A DNA stretch of 50,416 bases from Verrucomicrobiota bacterium (lineage in GTDB: Bacteria > Verrucomicrobiota > Verrucomicrobiia > Verrucomicrobiales > Verrucomicrobiaceae): NCBI GenBank assembly GCA_026397605.1, contig JAPLUM010000727.1, forward strand, positions 1-50,416, in the 5' to 3' direction. The notes below the pieces were generated by a model. It worked only from the letters and a program-made list of their open reading frames with translations. It did not search any database and was not told the DNA's origin. The number at the start of each line of letters is the position of its first letter. Position 1 is the stretch's first letter. The translations under genes were made by a program, and so were the position numbers. This document shows positions 20,188 through 30,088 of this stretch, one piece after another.

Positions 20188-21468
20188 TCAAGCCCAAGCT
20201 TGAAGTAGGCCAGAGGCTTTATGAAGAGTCTCCTCCCATTCTCGCTCTGGAATGCTGTCTGCGACGATGCCTGATCCGACATGAAAGCTAATGTGATCCT
20301 TATTTTGTACCGCAGTGCGAATGGCAATGTTCCATTGGCTGGTGCCATCAAAACCAAAATAGCCGATGGCACCGGTATAGAGACCGCGAGGATGACTTTC
20401 CAGCTCAGAGATAATTTCAAGAGCACGTTTCTTCGGCGCACCGCTGATGCTGCCACCGGGAAAGCAGGCTCGGAAGGCGGCTGCATGACTGATATCAGAG
20501 CGCAATGTGCCAGTAACGGTGGAGACGAGGTGATAGACCTGAGCAAAGCTTTCGACACGCCAAAGGTCGGGTGTTTGTACACTGCCAAACTCACAGACTT
20601 GGCCTAGATCATTGCGCTCGAGGTCAGTGATCATGAGCAGCTCAGCGCGTTCTTTATCACAGGCAAGTAAGTCGCGAGCTGATTGGGCGTCTCTATGGGG
20701 ATCATCTGGAAAGCGTGGTCGCGTGCCTTTGATGGGGCGGGTGGTGATATTGCGGCCAGACATTTTGAGAAACAACTCAGGTGAGGCTGACATCACGGCG
20801 GTGTCACCCAGTCGCAGACAAGCTGCATGAGGAGTTGGAGAGATACGCCGAAGACGATCATAGAACGAAAATAAGCAGGCGGCAGCGGGCCACTCCGCCT
20901 GCCAAGGATGCGAAAGATTCACCTGATAAATATCTCCGGCTGCAATGTAGCCTTGGGCCGACTTCACGCGATCAACAAACTCTGCACGAGTCACAAGCGG
21001 CGAGAAGGTTAGCGAGTTCCTACCGCTGGGAGGCTGGATGTCCTGCAAGGTGGCAAGATCAAAAGAGCCTGTTTGGAACCAAGAACTCGAATCGTGATCG
21101 AATTTGAGGATACTAGGGTAAAGGCCCAACCGGAAATATCCGTCAAAATCAACCCAACCAAATAAGCCCCCTGCAGAACCATCAGCGGCCCCTTTACCTA
21201 GGACCGACTCAATTTCTGGCCAATCGCGGTCGATCTGTCCCGAAAAGATGCGCGTGGGCTGAAAAGCAAGCAAAGAAACGGAGCCAACCTCCACAACGGC
21301 ACTGTCCAACCAGACAAAACCCTCAAGGTGAATTAGTTGCGCAGCCATTTCAGCCGGCGAAAGGTTAGAATTTAAGGGTTGCCATTGCGCCGAGGCCACT
21401 GGATTCCCCAAAAACTCAGCGGGAGGCGGAGCTAGAGTTTTGTTGGAAGAGTTTTGGAGCATTGACAC
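20188..21468 (-). CDS. pabB: Aminodeoxychorismate synthase component I
   Basis: GDIYQVNL, SASPELF, RPIKGTR (PIKGT is PabB-type; TrpE has PIAGT), AELLMITDLERND, FPGGSISGAPK, NIAIRT; alternative ATG at 21462. Confidence 0.88.
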   Translation of the reverse strand: MSMLQNSSNKTLAPPPAEFLGNPVASAQWQPLNSNLSPAEMAAQLIHLEGFVWLDSAVVEVGSVSLLAFQPTRIFSGQIDRDWPEIESVLGKGAADGSAGGLFGWVDFDGYFRLGLYPSILKFDHDSSSWFQTGSFDLATLQDIQPPSGRNSLTFSPLVTRAEFVDRVKSAQGYIAAGDIYQVNLSHPWQAEWPAAACLFSFYDRLRRISPTPHAACLRLGDTAVMSASPELFLKMSGRNITTRPIKGTRPRFPDDPHRDAQSARDLLACDKERAELLMITDLERNDLGQVCEFGSVQTPDLWRVESFAQVYHLVSTVTGTLRSDISHAAAFRACFPGGSISGAPKKRALEIISELESHPRGLYTGAIGYFGFDGTSQWNIAIRTAVQNKDHISFHVGSGIVADSIPEREWEETLHKASGLLQAWA

Positions 21469-21513
21469 TGCGGAGTGTGGACCGTACCATACGATTTTCC
21501 TGCGGCAATCGGC

Positions 21514-22692
21514 ATGGCTATTCCATCATCCATTATTAGCGCTGAAAGGGGCCGTGCATGCAAGACGGCCCTTGGAATTCTATGCGCCTTGATCCTTATA
21601 CAGATGGGCTTGATGGCTCGTCTGCTTTTTAAAGACCACCAAGAGGTGTCCAAAAAGGAGCCTGTTCCTGCGACACCTGTCTGGGCAGCACCGCCAGTGA
21701 CTATTAGCCCGCCACCTGTGGGTCAGCTAGTTGCGCCGCCTGTGACAGCGCCCGTGGCATCGGCTCCGCCGGTAGGTTTTGGTCCACCGCCGATTGGCAG
21801 TTTTCAGACTCCTAGCGCTCCAGTGCCTGCGTATGCGCCGCCTCCAAGTTTTGCCAAGCCAGCGGTCGTGCAATCGGTGTCTCCGGCGTCTAAGCCGGCA
21901 CCGAGTAAGCCAAGCGATTCCGTCTCTGGCATGCCACTGGCTGAGATGGTAGATCTGGCAAAACAAGTGCGCGGACTCGGAGATATGCAGGGTGCTTTGG
22001 AGGTGCTGAAACGTGCTGATCTGCAATATCCAGCCTCACCTGAGGTCATGTCGGAGACAGCTCAGTGCTATGAGCAAATGGGTCTCACGGAGAAAGCATC
22101 GGCGCTCTGGAAACAGCTCGCTAGCATGGATGCAGTGCGCTCGGCAGGGTTTGGAGATTTGGCCAAACGCAAAATGCAGTCGGGGGGCGGAGCGGAGACT
22201 TCTTCAGCAACATTGTCGGGTGATTTAACACCAAAAGTGCTGTCTCTGGGAGCATGCCAGGCCAGCCGTGATCCTTCGGTAGCCAATGGTGAAAAAGTGA
22301 TTTTGCGGGTGCCCATTTTACGACAAGGAAACAGCGTGGTCGATCCTGCGCAGGTCGATATTGATGTGTATTTTTTTGATCGAGTGAATGGCGAGAAAGT
22401 CGCCCAGACCATCGCTGATGAACCGGTCTCCACCTGGGGCGCACTCCCAGTGGACTGGAGTGGCGCCGGGGAGGAACCACTCGATGTCGCCTACTTTCTG
22501 CCGGCACTCACGCCGGGTGAGATTGCTGCCCACGGACGCCGTTCCTATCACGGCTATGTGGTCCGCCTTTACTACCAGCACAAACTCCAAGATGTCTCCG
22601 CCGAGCCGCGTGATCTTTTGGATTTTGGTTCAAGCTCTGCCCCGACCGTGCCGGGCGGCGTGAACCCGCTGCTCCCACCATTAACGAACTGA
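21514..22692 (+). CDS. Membrane-anchored Pro-rich/TPR-like protein with C-terminal beta-sandwich domain
   Basis: N-terminal TM, long Pro/Ala linker, TPR-like helices (ALEVLKRA...AQCYEQMG...ASALWKQL). Confidence 0.75.
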   Translation: MAIPSSIISAERGRACKTALGILCALILIQMGLMARLLFKDHQEVSKKEPVPATPVWAAPPVTISPPPVGQLVAPPVTAPVASAPPVGFGPPPIGSFQTPSAPVPAYAPPPSFAKPAVVQSVSPASKPAPSKPSDSVSGMPLAEMVDLAKQVRGLGDMQGALEVLKRADLQYPASPEVMSETAQCYEQMGLTEKASALWKQLASMDAVRSAGFGDLAKRKMQSGGGAETSSATLSGDLTPKVLSLGACQASRDPSVANGEKVILRVPILRQGNSVVDPAQVDIDVYFFDRVNGEKVAQTIADEPVSTWGALPVDWSGAGEEPLDVAYFLPALTPGEIAAHGRRSYHGYVVRLYYQHKLQDVSAEPRDLLDFGSSSAPTVPGGVNPLLPPLTN

Positions 22693-22713
22693 CGGCCTGC
22701 CCAGCAAGCCAAG

Positions 22714-24690
22714 ATGATCCTACTTTTTCTCGATTCTCAATCTGCCACTCGTGGCGAACGATCTTTAGCTCTCAGTCGCCAACTCGACTGGGATGTGACC
22801 GCGGTCGGATCTCTAGCAGAGGCGAAAGCCTGGCTGGCACAAACCACGGTTTTGGATCTATTAATCACAGAGGCTATCATCGATGCTCAGAGCAGCGGAT
22901 TTGAGCTGCGTGATGCCGCCTTAGCCCGTTTTCCAGAAGCTCGTGTACTTTTCACCACGCGCTATGACCTCAAAGGCTACGAAGATAAAATAGCCGGTTG
23001 GCCGGTGTTGCAGGATGCTCCTTTTACTCCAGGGAAGCTAGTCATCAAAGCGCAGGCAGCGCTTGAGAGTCCTGCGCCTACAGAGGCACTGCTGGCTGAA
23101 CCACCACCCTTTCTGGCCCCAGGCACCATGCTTGGAAACTACCAAGTGCTTGAGCGGCTGACGCTGGAGAATGAATCCGAAACCTATCGCGCGATCCAAG
23201 TCACTGTACAACGTCCAGTGGCCTTGGTCCTGATGAGGCCCGAGCTTTTGAACCAGCCGGATTTGGTAGAAAACTTCAAAGCCCGTGAAAGGCTGAAGGC
23301 CTCCATCTCGCATCCTCGTATCGCACCGCTTTATGAGGCTGGTTCGGTGAACGGTTATCTTTTTTACACTCGTGAACTACCGCGCGGACGCAGCTTGGAG
23401 GATATCTATGAAGCTGGAGAGACCCTTTCCGAGCGCCAGATCACCGAGTTAATTTATGGTGTCTCAGAGGCCATGGACTATGCTGTCGAGCGTGGCAGTC
23501 ATCATCGTCGTCTGAGCGAACGTGACATTTTTATAGACGCTGAAAATCAGGCAAGCATCGTTAATGTGTTCCGCCCGGGAGATAGTCGCACACGTGATCC
23601 GAAGGAAGAAGTCGCTGCACTGATGCGCATGATAGCCCCCTTGTCAGCGGAAGGAAAAGCGCGGGGTCTCGTTACGTCTCTCGTCGCAGAATCTAGGGAT
23701 TGGTCCGGCCTTCTTGAAGCTCTGGATGAACTGCGCGATGCCATGCGCGATCGATCCATCATGCGCAGGATCGAGAAGGAAGAAATCTCACCCCAAGGCA
23801 CCAGCGGTGCGCCTTGGTGGCTGTGGGTGACGGCTATTGCAGCGTTGTTTGTGGTTTTTGGACTTGGGAATTTTGTCGGAACTGTCACGCCAAAAGTAAC
23901 CAGCAAGCCAGAGACCACGAGTCAGAAGATGATCGCCATTCCGGCAGGACCGTTTCAGTATCAAAAGAAAGAACGCAGGAATTTACCAGCATACTGGATC
24001 AGTCGTGATGAGGTCACCATCAATCAATATGCAGAGTTTTTGGCGGCACTGAAAAAAGCCCCCAGCATCAGCTATGATCATCCTGATCAACCCAAGACAA
24101 AGACCAATCATCTGCCACCTAAATGGGCTGACACTCTGGCTGCAGCCAAATCGGGTAGCACTTTTAACGGACAAGTCATGAGTCTAAACACGCCTGTGAC
24201 TCAGGTTGATTGGTGGGATGCATTTGCCTATGCCAAGTGGAAGGGTCAGCGTCTGCCAACGGAAGAAGAATGGGAGAAAGCAGCTCGCGGAGATAAAGGC
24301 CTTTTATTTCCCTGGGGAGATCAGCCCTCTAAAGACAACGCCAACCTGGGCGACGATTACGACGCCAACGGTGCCAAAGGCGGCAATAAAGATGGTTATA
24401 ATCTATGGGCACCCACCGACAGAAAGTCGGGTGACACGAGTCCCTACGGCATCATGGACATGGCAGGGAACGTTTCTGAATGGACGGCCGGTGAATTTAA
24501 AAATGAGCCTTGGCCAGCACACCCAGATTATCCTGATTTGAGAGTACCTGTGGTGCGCGGGGGACACTTCGCTCTAAAAAGCAGTCATGACTTACTCACC
24601 ACGCGGTTCTTTGCAGAATCGGCCAATGAAACCACACTCGCACGTGGTTTTAGAACCGTCAGTGACACTGCCCCTGCAGGCATGAAGTAG
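22714..24690 (+). CDS. Receiver-like + Ser/Thr pseudokinase + TM + FGE/SUMF1 (C-type lectin fold) domain protein
   Basis: REC-like N-terminus with E in place of the phospho-Asp; kinase-like GNYQVLERL, RPVALV, HPRIAPLYEAG but HRD/DFG absent; TM; FGE motifs VDWWDAFAYAKW, RLPTEEEWEKAARG, DMAGNVSEW, RGG, GFR. Confidence 0.85.
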   Translation: MILLFLDSQSATRGERSLALSRQLDWDVTAVGSLAEAKAWLAQTTVLDLLITEAIIDAQSSGFELRDAALARFPEARVLFTTRYDLKGYEDKIAGWPVLQDAPFTPGKLVIKAQAALESPAPTEALLAEPPPFLAPGTMLGNYQVLERLTLENESETYRAIQVTVQRPVALVLMRPELLNQPDLVENFKARERLKASISHPRIAPLYEAGSVNGYLFYTRELPRGRSLEDIYEAGETLSERQITELIYGVSEAMDYAVERGSHHRRLSERDIFIDAENQASIVNVFRPGDSRTRDPKEEVAALMRMIAPLSAEGKARGLVTSLVAESRDWSGLLEALDELRDAMRDRSIMRRIEKEEISPQGTSGAPWWLWVTAIAALFVVFGLGNFVGTVTPKVTSKPETTSQKMIAIPAGPFQYQKKERRNLPAYWISRDEVTINQYAEFLAALKKAPSISYDHPDQPKTKTNHLPPKWADTLAAAKSGSTFNGQVMSLNTPVTQVDWWDAFAYAKWKGQRLPTEEEWEKAARGDKGLLFPWGDQPSKDNANLGDDYDANGAKGGNKDGYNLWAPTDRKSGDTSPYGIMDMAGNVSEWTAGEFKNEPWPAHPDYPDLRVPVVRGGHFALKSSHDLLTTRFFAESANETTLARGFRTVSDTAPAGMK

Positions 24691-24982
24691 CTTCATAGCT
24701 ACGAAACAGACACGCATCCTTCTCGCCGACAATCACAGCGTTGTGTGGTTTTCGGGCCTTGCTGGCGGCGCCGTGGGACATGGAATTCGTGGAAAAGGCG
24801 TCACCGCTGCGCATTGAGGCCATGGCACCAGTTCAGTTGCCAGAGAAATGCCAGTTCTTTGATTTGATTCCAGATGATACATGGCAGGTAGTACTTGGTG
24901 ACGTCTAGCGCCACTTTACCCGCGCTACCGTGGCAGTGACCGAGGCAGGAATGCCCCCATGACGGTAGGTTTTGCAAGGGGC

Positions 24983-26380
24983 TCAATCCTCAAACGACTT
25001 CCGCAGATCCACGGCGTCATTGAGATCGGTCGAAAGCTTGACGAGGCGCTGGAGGAGGTCTTTGAGCTTTGTGGCATGCTCGGGCTTGGCGGCGAGGTCC
25101 TGCATTTCCTGGGGGTCCTCGGTGAGGTGATAGAGCCGCAGCACTTTGGCCTTGGGATAGGCGATGAGCTTCCAACCATCATGCGTGATGGAACGTTGGA
25201 GTTCGAGGTAGGCCCCATAGACGGACTCGTAGCGGCTTGGCTCACCTTTCAAAAGCGGTCGCAGGCTGTTGAAGAAGACATGCACGGGCCTCTCCGCGCC
25301 AGCGAGATCGAGCGCGGTGGCCATCACATCCTGTAAATAGATCGAGGCGTCGTTCTTCACGCCTTTACCGACACCTGGACCAGCGACGATGAAAGGCACA
25401 CGCACGCTGTGCTCATAAAGGTTTTGTTTGCCGAAGAGACCGTGATGGCCCACCGCGAGGCCGTGATCGGCGGTGAAGAAGATCCAGGTGTTCTCCGCCT
25501 GCCCGGAGGCGTCGAGACTATCCAGAATGCGTCCGACCTGAGCATCGAGATGCGTGATGAGGGCATAATATTCAGCGCGATGCGTCTTCACGGCCAGCTC
25601 TGTGCGCGGCATGGGCGCTAGGTTTTCATCCCGCAATTTATGCTGGCAGCCGATGGCATCCTTATGCGGATACTCAGGCAGAAAATTGAGTGGCATGGAG
25701 ATTCGGCTGAGCGGATAACGGTCCACGAACTCCTGCGGTGCCTGCCGCGGATCATGCGGTGCGTTGAAGGCCGCATAGATAAAGAAAGGATCGCTGCCTT
25801 GTTTGGCATCGGCCAGGAAATCGAGCGTGTGGTTCGCCACCACCTCACTCCAATGCGTGCCGCCTTCCCAGAAACCGCCGAGAGATCGGTCAAAAGGGCT
25901 CCAGGTATCCGGCTGGCCAGCGATGGGGCGATTGTAGGAGGAGGGAACAGTCTTTGGCATGCCAGCACGGACATCGCGCGTGATATCAAAACACTTCGCA
26001 GCATCAGTCTCGATATGCCACTTACCGGTCATGTAGGTTTTGTAGCCAGCTTTCTTCATGAGCTGAGGCCAAAGCACGCCTGCCTTCCGCTCCGCATCGG
26101 TGGTCTTATGAATTTTGCCAGCGTTCCACACGCTGCGCCCACTGATGAGCATCGTACGGCTGGCCACGCACACAGCGCCGCTCCATGAGCCCATGTTATG
26201 GGCACGGGTGAAAGTGGTGCCCTTGGCGGCCAGGCGATCGAGGTTCGGCGTATCGATGTCCGTGTGCCCAAAGGCCCTCACGGCTTCATACGAAAAGTCA
26301 TCGGCAAAGAGAAAGAGCACATTCGGCTTCGCCGCGAGCAATGGGGCGGCCAGGAGAAAAAAGAAGACAAGGGCTTTCAT
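24983..26380 (-). CDS. Sulfatase-like hydrolase (choline-sulfatase-like S1 family), secreted
   Basis: PNVLFLFADD, CVASR, GKWH, APHDP, TADHG, GKQNLYEHS. Confidence 0.93.
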   Translation of the reverse strand: MKALVFFFLLAAPLLAAKPNVLFLFADDFSYEAVRAFGHTDIDTPNLDRLAAKGTTFTRAHNMGSWSGAVCVASRTMLISGRSVWNAGKIHKTTDAERKAGVLWPQLMKKAGYKTYMTGKWHIETDAAKCFDITRDVRAGMPKTVPSSYNRPIAGQPDTWSPFDRSLGGFWEGGTHWSEVVANHTLDFLADAKQGSDPFFIYAAFNAPHDPRQAPQEFVDRYPLSRISMPLNFLPEYPHKDAIGCQHKLRDENLAPMPRTELAVKTHRAEYYALITHLDAQVGRILDSLDASGQAENTWIFFTADHGLAVGHHGLFGKQNLYEHSVRVPFIVAGPGVGKGVKNDASIYLQDVMATALDLAGAERPVHVFFNSLRPLLKGEPSRYESVYGAYLELQRSITHDGWKLIAYPKAKVLRLYHLTEDPQEMQDLAAKPEHATKLKDLLQRLVKLSTDLNDAVDLRKSFED

Positions 26381-26482
26381 GAGGCCGTTTTAAACGCTGC
26401 GGATGATCGACTCTGTCAGCTCAAATGACGTCTCAGCAAGGGTGGGCTCCGCATGGCGTGCGAGGGGATCTCGCTGGTCACC

Positions 26483-27751
26483 TCACATGCCCCAGCCTTC
26501 CCGGTAGGCGGCGCGTTTCCAGAGTTTTTCGCCTTCGGGGTTGTCGATGAGTTTGCCGGTTTTAGGATCGCAACGCACCACGGTCTGGGTGCGGTAGGCG
26601 ATGTTACCGAGATGGCACATCATGGTGCTTTTTTGACCTTCGACGATGGGGCTGTTGAGGGTGGTTTTGCCTCGGATAGCATCCAGGAAATTCCCCAAAT
26701 GAGCGGGATCACCACCACCGGCTCCTTTGCCTTTGCCGATCTCAGCCCCTTTGGGGTCGTAGATCGTCCAAGAGTCGCGGGCGATGGCCATGGTGCCGTT
26801 GTCACCGTAAAACACGACCTCAGCCAGGGGTTTCTCAGCGGCACGAGGATGGCAGGAACTCTGCACCCACTCTGCACCTGCATGGCCGAAATCATAGACG
26901 GCGGTGCCTGTGTCAGGCGTCTCTTGCTCGTCTTGATAAAAGTAGCGACCGCCGTTGTAGGTGACCTTGGTTGGATACTCGCCTTTGAGACCCCAGCGTA
27001 AGATGTCCAGGGTGTGGATGCCATTGTTCCCCAGCTCGCCGTTGCCCCAATGCCAGAGCCAATGCCAGTCATAGTGAGCGTATTTTTTCACATCATGATG
27101 GACATCATTCGGCACTGGACCCTGCCAAAGATTCCAGTCGAGATCCGCAGAAGCAGGCAGGTCAAGTTGGGCGACTTTTTTGCGCGAGTTGTAATAAAAA
27201 CCGCGACCAAAACGCACGTCACCGATGGCTCCACCATGCAGTGCGGCGATGGCTTCCTTCATCCACGTACGGCGCTGATTGCCCATTTGCACGACTTTAC
27301 CGGATTTGAGAGTCGCCGCGACGAGGGCTTCGGCTTCGCCAGGGTTTTGACTGCCGGGTTTCTCGACATACACATGCTTTCCAGCTTGGAGCGCCAGCAG
27401 TGCCATGGGCGTATGCCAAAAATTCGGCGTGGCGATGAAGACCGCATCGACGGTTTTATCTTCGAGGATTTTGCGAAAGTCGCGCACGCCCTGACAGGAA
27501 GTCGCCTGCGCGTCTGCGACGACTTTGAGCCCTTTTTCGAGTCGCCCGGGATCCGTTTCTGCGAGGTAGGCGATCTCGACATCAGGCAGTTTTAGCAAGG
27601 CCTGCACATGGCCCATGCCACGTCCCAAAGCGATGACAGCGACCTTGAGTTTGTTTGTGGCCTGATCTGCGGCCCGGACTTTTGGCAAGACCGAAAGCGC
27701 GGCCCCAAGGCCGAGGGCGGATGATTGGGTGAGAAGTGTTCGACGATTCAT
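26483..27751 (-). CDS. Gfo/Idh/MocA oxidoreductase with Tat signal
   Basis: Start MNRRTLL (twin-Arg) at 27751; IATPNFWH, HVYVEKP, QMGNQRR, GELGNNGIHTLD. Confidence 0.93.
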   Translation of the reverse strand: MNRRTLLTQSSALGLGAALSVLPKVRAADQATNKLKVAVIALGRGMGHVQALLKLPDVEIAYLAETDPGRLEKGLKVVADAQATSCQGVRDFRKILEDKTVDAVFIATPNFWHTPMALLALQAGKHVYVEKPGSQNPGEAEALVAATLKSGKVVQMGNQRRTWMKEAIAALHGGAIGDVRFGRGFYYNSRKKVAQLDLPASADLDWNLWQGPVPNDVHHDVKKYAHYDWHWLWHWGNGELGNNGIHTLDILRWGLKGEYPTKVTYNGGRYFYQDEQETPDTGTAVYDFGHAGAEWVQSSCHPRAAEKPLAEVVFYGDNGTMAIARDSWTIYDPKGAEIGKGKGAGGGDPAHLGNFLDAIRGKTTLNSPIVEGQKSTMMCHLGNIAYRTQTVVRCDPKTGKLIDNPEGEKLWKRAAYREGWGM

Positions 27752-27883
27752 AAGTGCAAAGATGAATCGCCCAGCAGCGGCTTTCTCTATCCCAAAGAAA
27801 GTCACCACCTTCGGTATTATTCTGGGCGTCAAACGGATGTCCCATGGCTCCGGCTTCCCAGGTACAGGAGTGAAGGAAACTTC

Positions 27884-28558
27884 TCAGAAACTCAGCCGCA
27901 GGTAGGTTCCGATGACGGACTCGTGCTGCCAGAGGGCGTTCACACGGCTGGAGAGGATCATGTAAAAGACATCCAAATCGGCATGGGAACCCGTCTTGAA
28001 GGTTAGGCCGAGCGGGATGAGGCGGTTTTCACTCCGCTGGCTACGGTGCAGGTCGGTCAGGCACTCGTTATTGGCAAACACCCGCGTCAGCGGTCCGAGC
28101 GGGCGGGGCAGTGACCAGGCGAGTTGAATCCTGTTACGCAGGCGGTGGGTGGTGAGTGCTTCCTCCTCATTCCAGCGCCATTCCATGCGGTTGCGGAACT
28201 CGATGGCAAGGTGAGGTGTCAGGTCAAAATGCGGATTCAGCTCCAGCTCCGGCCTGAACTGTGTGAAGCGGTCCTGCGTTCGGGTGTTTTCGATGCTCAG
28301 CAGCGAGAGGCCGATACCACCGTCCAGCCAGGGCAGGAGCGCATGCTTAAACCGCGGGCTGACGATCTGCACATAGGCACCGTCATCCGCGTCGAGGCGG
28401 TTGCCGAGAAAGAGCCAGACTTTGCTGGTATCATTGCGCCAGTATTCTAGCGCCGACCACGCCCACCACTCGTCTGCGCGGGCAGGGGTGACGAGGCAGA
28501 GAGTGAGAAGGATGAGGAAGCAGCGCACGAAGATGGACTTTGCCAAAGAACAAACCAT
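27884..28558 (-). CDS. DUF2490-like outer-membrane beta-barrel protein
   Basis: Signal peptide, RNRMEWRW, RLRNRIQL, ENRL, C-terminal YLRLSF barrel signature. Confidence 0.75.
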   Translation of the reverse strand: MVCSLAKSIFVRCFLILLTLCLVTPARADEWWAWSALEYWRNDTSKVWLFLGNRLDADDGAYVQIVSPRFKHALLPWLDGGIGLSLLSIENTRTQDRFTQFRPELELNPHFDLTPHLAIEFRNRMEWRWNEEEALTTHRLRNRIQLAWSLPRPLGPLTRVFANNECLTDLHRSQRSENRLIPLGLTFKTGSHADLDVFYMILSSRVNALWQHESVIGTYLRLSF

Positions 28559-28732
28559 GCCAGAAGTAGCAGTACAAACCCGATCATGTGACCATCTCTT
28601 GGCTTCCGACCGACTTCATTTGCGCAAACATCAAGCAGCTGCCAGTCCACCAAGAATCCTGTTTCAAGTGATCTACTTGCAAAACCCACGTCCTCCTCGT
28701 TCTGGCGAACGAGCCTACGAGGCGAGATGAAC

Positions 28733-29977
28733 TCACTTGAACGGATTGCGGTCGGGCGCCTCGGCATGCGGGATGTGACCCACGATGCCTTTGACCAGCA
28801 AGTTCAGCGCCGAATGACGATGCCGCAGCCAGAGCTGCGTCTTTTCAGGTTGGGCTCCGAGGCGAGATTTTGGCTCCAACGCGGTGCGTCCAAGTGAGAG
28901 GCGCTCGCAGCCGAGAGAGATGCCGTCCTCAATCGTTGCTTGGAGCAGGCGCAGGTAAAGGGGTGCTTCCAGTGCAGCTTCACGATCAAAACCGATCTGA
29001 TAACCCATTGCCGTCTTGCCATCACGCAGCGTATTGACGAATCCAACAATCGATTCCCCGCGTCGAATCACCGTGCAGCGCATCTCTTCACCCGCACATT
29101 CAGCAAAAGCGGACCAAAAACTCGATGTCAAAGTGGCGAGTCGGATCGGTGCATTCGCCTGCACAGATTGGTAAAGCTCATGCAGCTTCGGAGCCGCTTC
29201 AGCCACATGCTTGAGGTGCTCCACCGTGAACCCAGCGGCGGCCACCTCATCACGAATTTGCTTCGCCGATTTCCGATACTTGGATGCCAAGGCCGCCAAG
29301 TAATCGTCAAAACCGCGCCATCCTGCCTGCAGGTTAAGCACCATGTTCGGCTCCGTCTCCGCCATGCGATAGCCGAGCAGCTTCAGGGCAGGGAAGTGGT
29401 CTGCTTCTGTTGGGGTGATGTCTTTGATAGCGATGAAATCCGTTTCACCTTCCAGCCGAGCAGCACGGCGCATGCGGTAGAGCGCCTCAGCCACCGCAGT
29501 CCAGGCGGAGTCCTCGGCCACGTCTGGAGCAAAGGAAACTCCGTGGCAACCCCAGGACAGCAGATTGCCGCAGATCAGCACACGCTGGCGGATTTTACTC
29601 CGCGCTTTCCTTCCCAAAGGTTTCAGCCACTTTTCCTGCAGTGCAGCCTTTTTTGAGGCTGCGGCATGCGACATAGGTGTAAGCTTTTTCACCCGATCTC
29701 CTTCGAAGCTCAACCACTGTGCCGCCACCGCAGCTACAGGTGCACCATCGAGCGAAATCAGAGCATAGGTCGGCTCCAGCGTCTCCGGCCCATGCTGCTC
29801 CAGCATCTGCAAATAAGATCGCCGCAGGTGAAATCCACCCTGCTGCGCTGCCGCATCCCAAAGCGCCGGATTCAGCAATGCAATACGGTCCGCGAGTGCG
29901 ATTTCATAACTAGTGGGGGTCCGCCGAGCACGGCGCGTCTCGGTAAGTTGGCGGATGGTATCCGTGAGGCGTTTCAT
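28733..29977 (-). CDS. GNAT-family (BioF2-like/FemAB-like) N-acetyltransferase
   Basis: Start MKRLTD at 29977; LICGNLLSWG, EPNMVL, FDDYLAALASKYRK, IGFD, LSLGRTALEPKSRLGA. Confidence 0.8.
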   Translation of the reverse strand: MKRLTDTIRQLTETRRARRTPTSYEIALADRIALLNPALWDAAAQQGGFHLRRSYLQMLEQHGPETLEPTYALISLDGAPVAAVAAQWLSFEGDRVKKLTPMSHAAASKKAALQEKWLKPLGRKARSKIRQRVLICGNLLSWGCHGVSFAPDVAEDSAWTAVAEALYRMRRAARLEGETDFIAIKDITPTEADHFPALKLLGYRMAETEPNMVLNLQAGWRGFDDYLAALASKYRKSAKQIRDEVAAAGFTVEHLKHVAEAAPKLHELYQSVQANAPIRLATLTSSFWSAFAECAGEEMRCTVIRRGESIVGFVNTLRDGKTAMGYQIGFDREAALEAPLYLRLLQATIEDGISLGCERLSLGRTALEPKSRLGAQPEKTQLWLRHRHSALNLLVKGIVGHIPHAEAPDRNPFK

Positions 29978-30088
29978 GCAGTTGGGCTTGGATTGATAAG
30001 GATGGTGGAAGAAGATAAAATGAATGATCCAAACAAGGTTCCAACTGAAGAATAAAATCCGAAAAGGTGAATTCTTGATCGGATACAC

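Noticed and set aside
23900-24690. FGE domain as sulfatase maturase or DGR target
   Set aside because: It lacks the catalytic Cys pair; no reverse transcriptase or TR/VR repeat pair was seen in the window
24700-24980. Small minus-strand ORF or gene debris between the FGE-domain and sulfatase genes
   Set aside because: No recognisable motif, start or RBS
29978-30088. 37-aa N-terminal extension of the GNAT protein
   Set aside because: AT-rich and intergenic-like, with an ATCCGA...TCGGAT inverted repeat; more likely the promoter/terminator region
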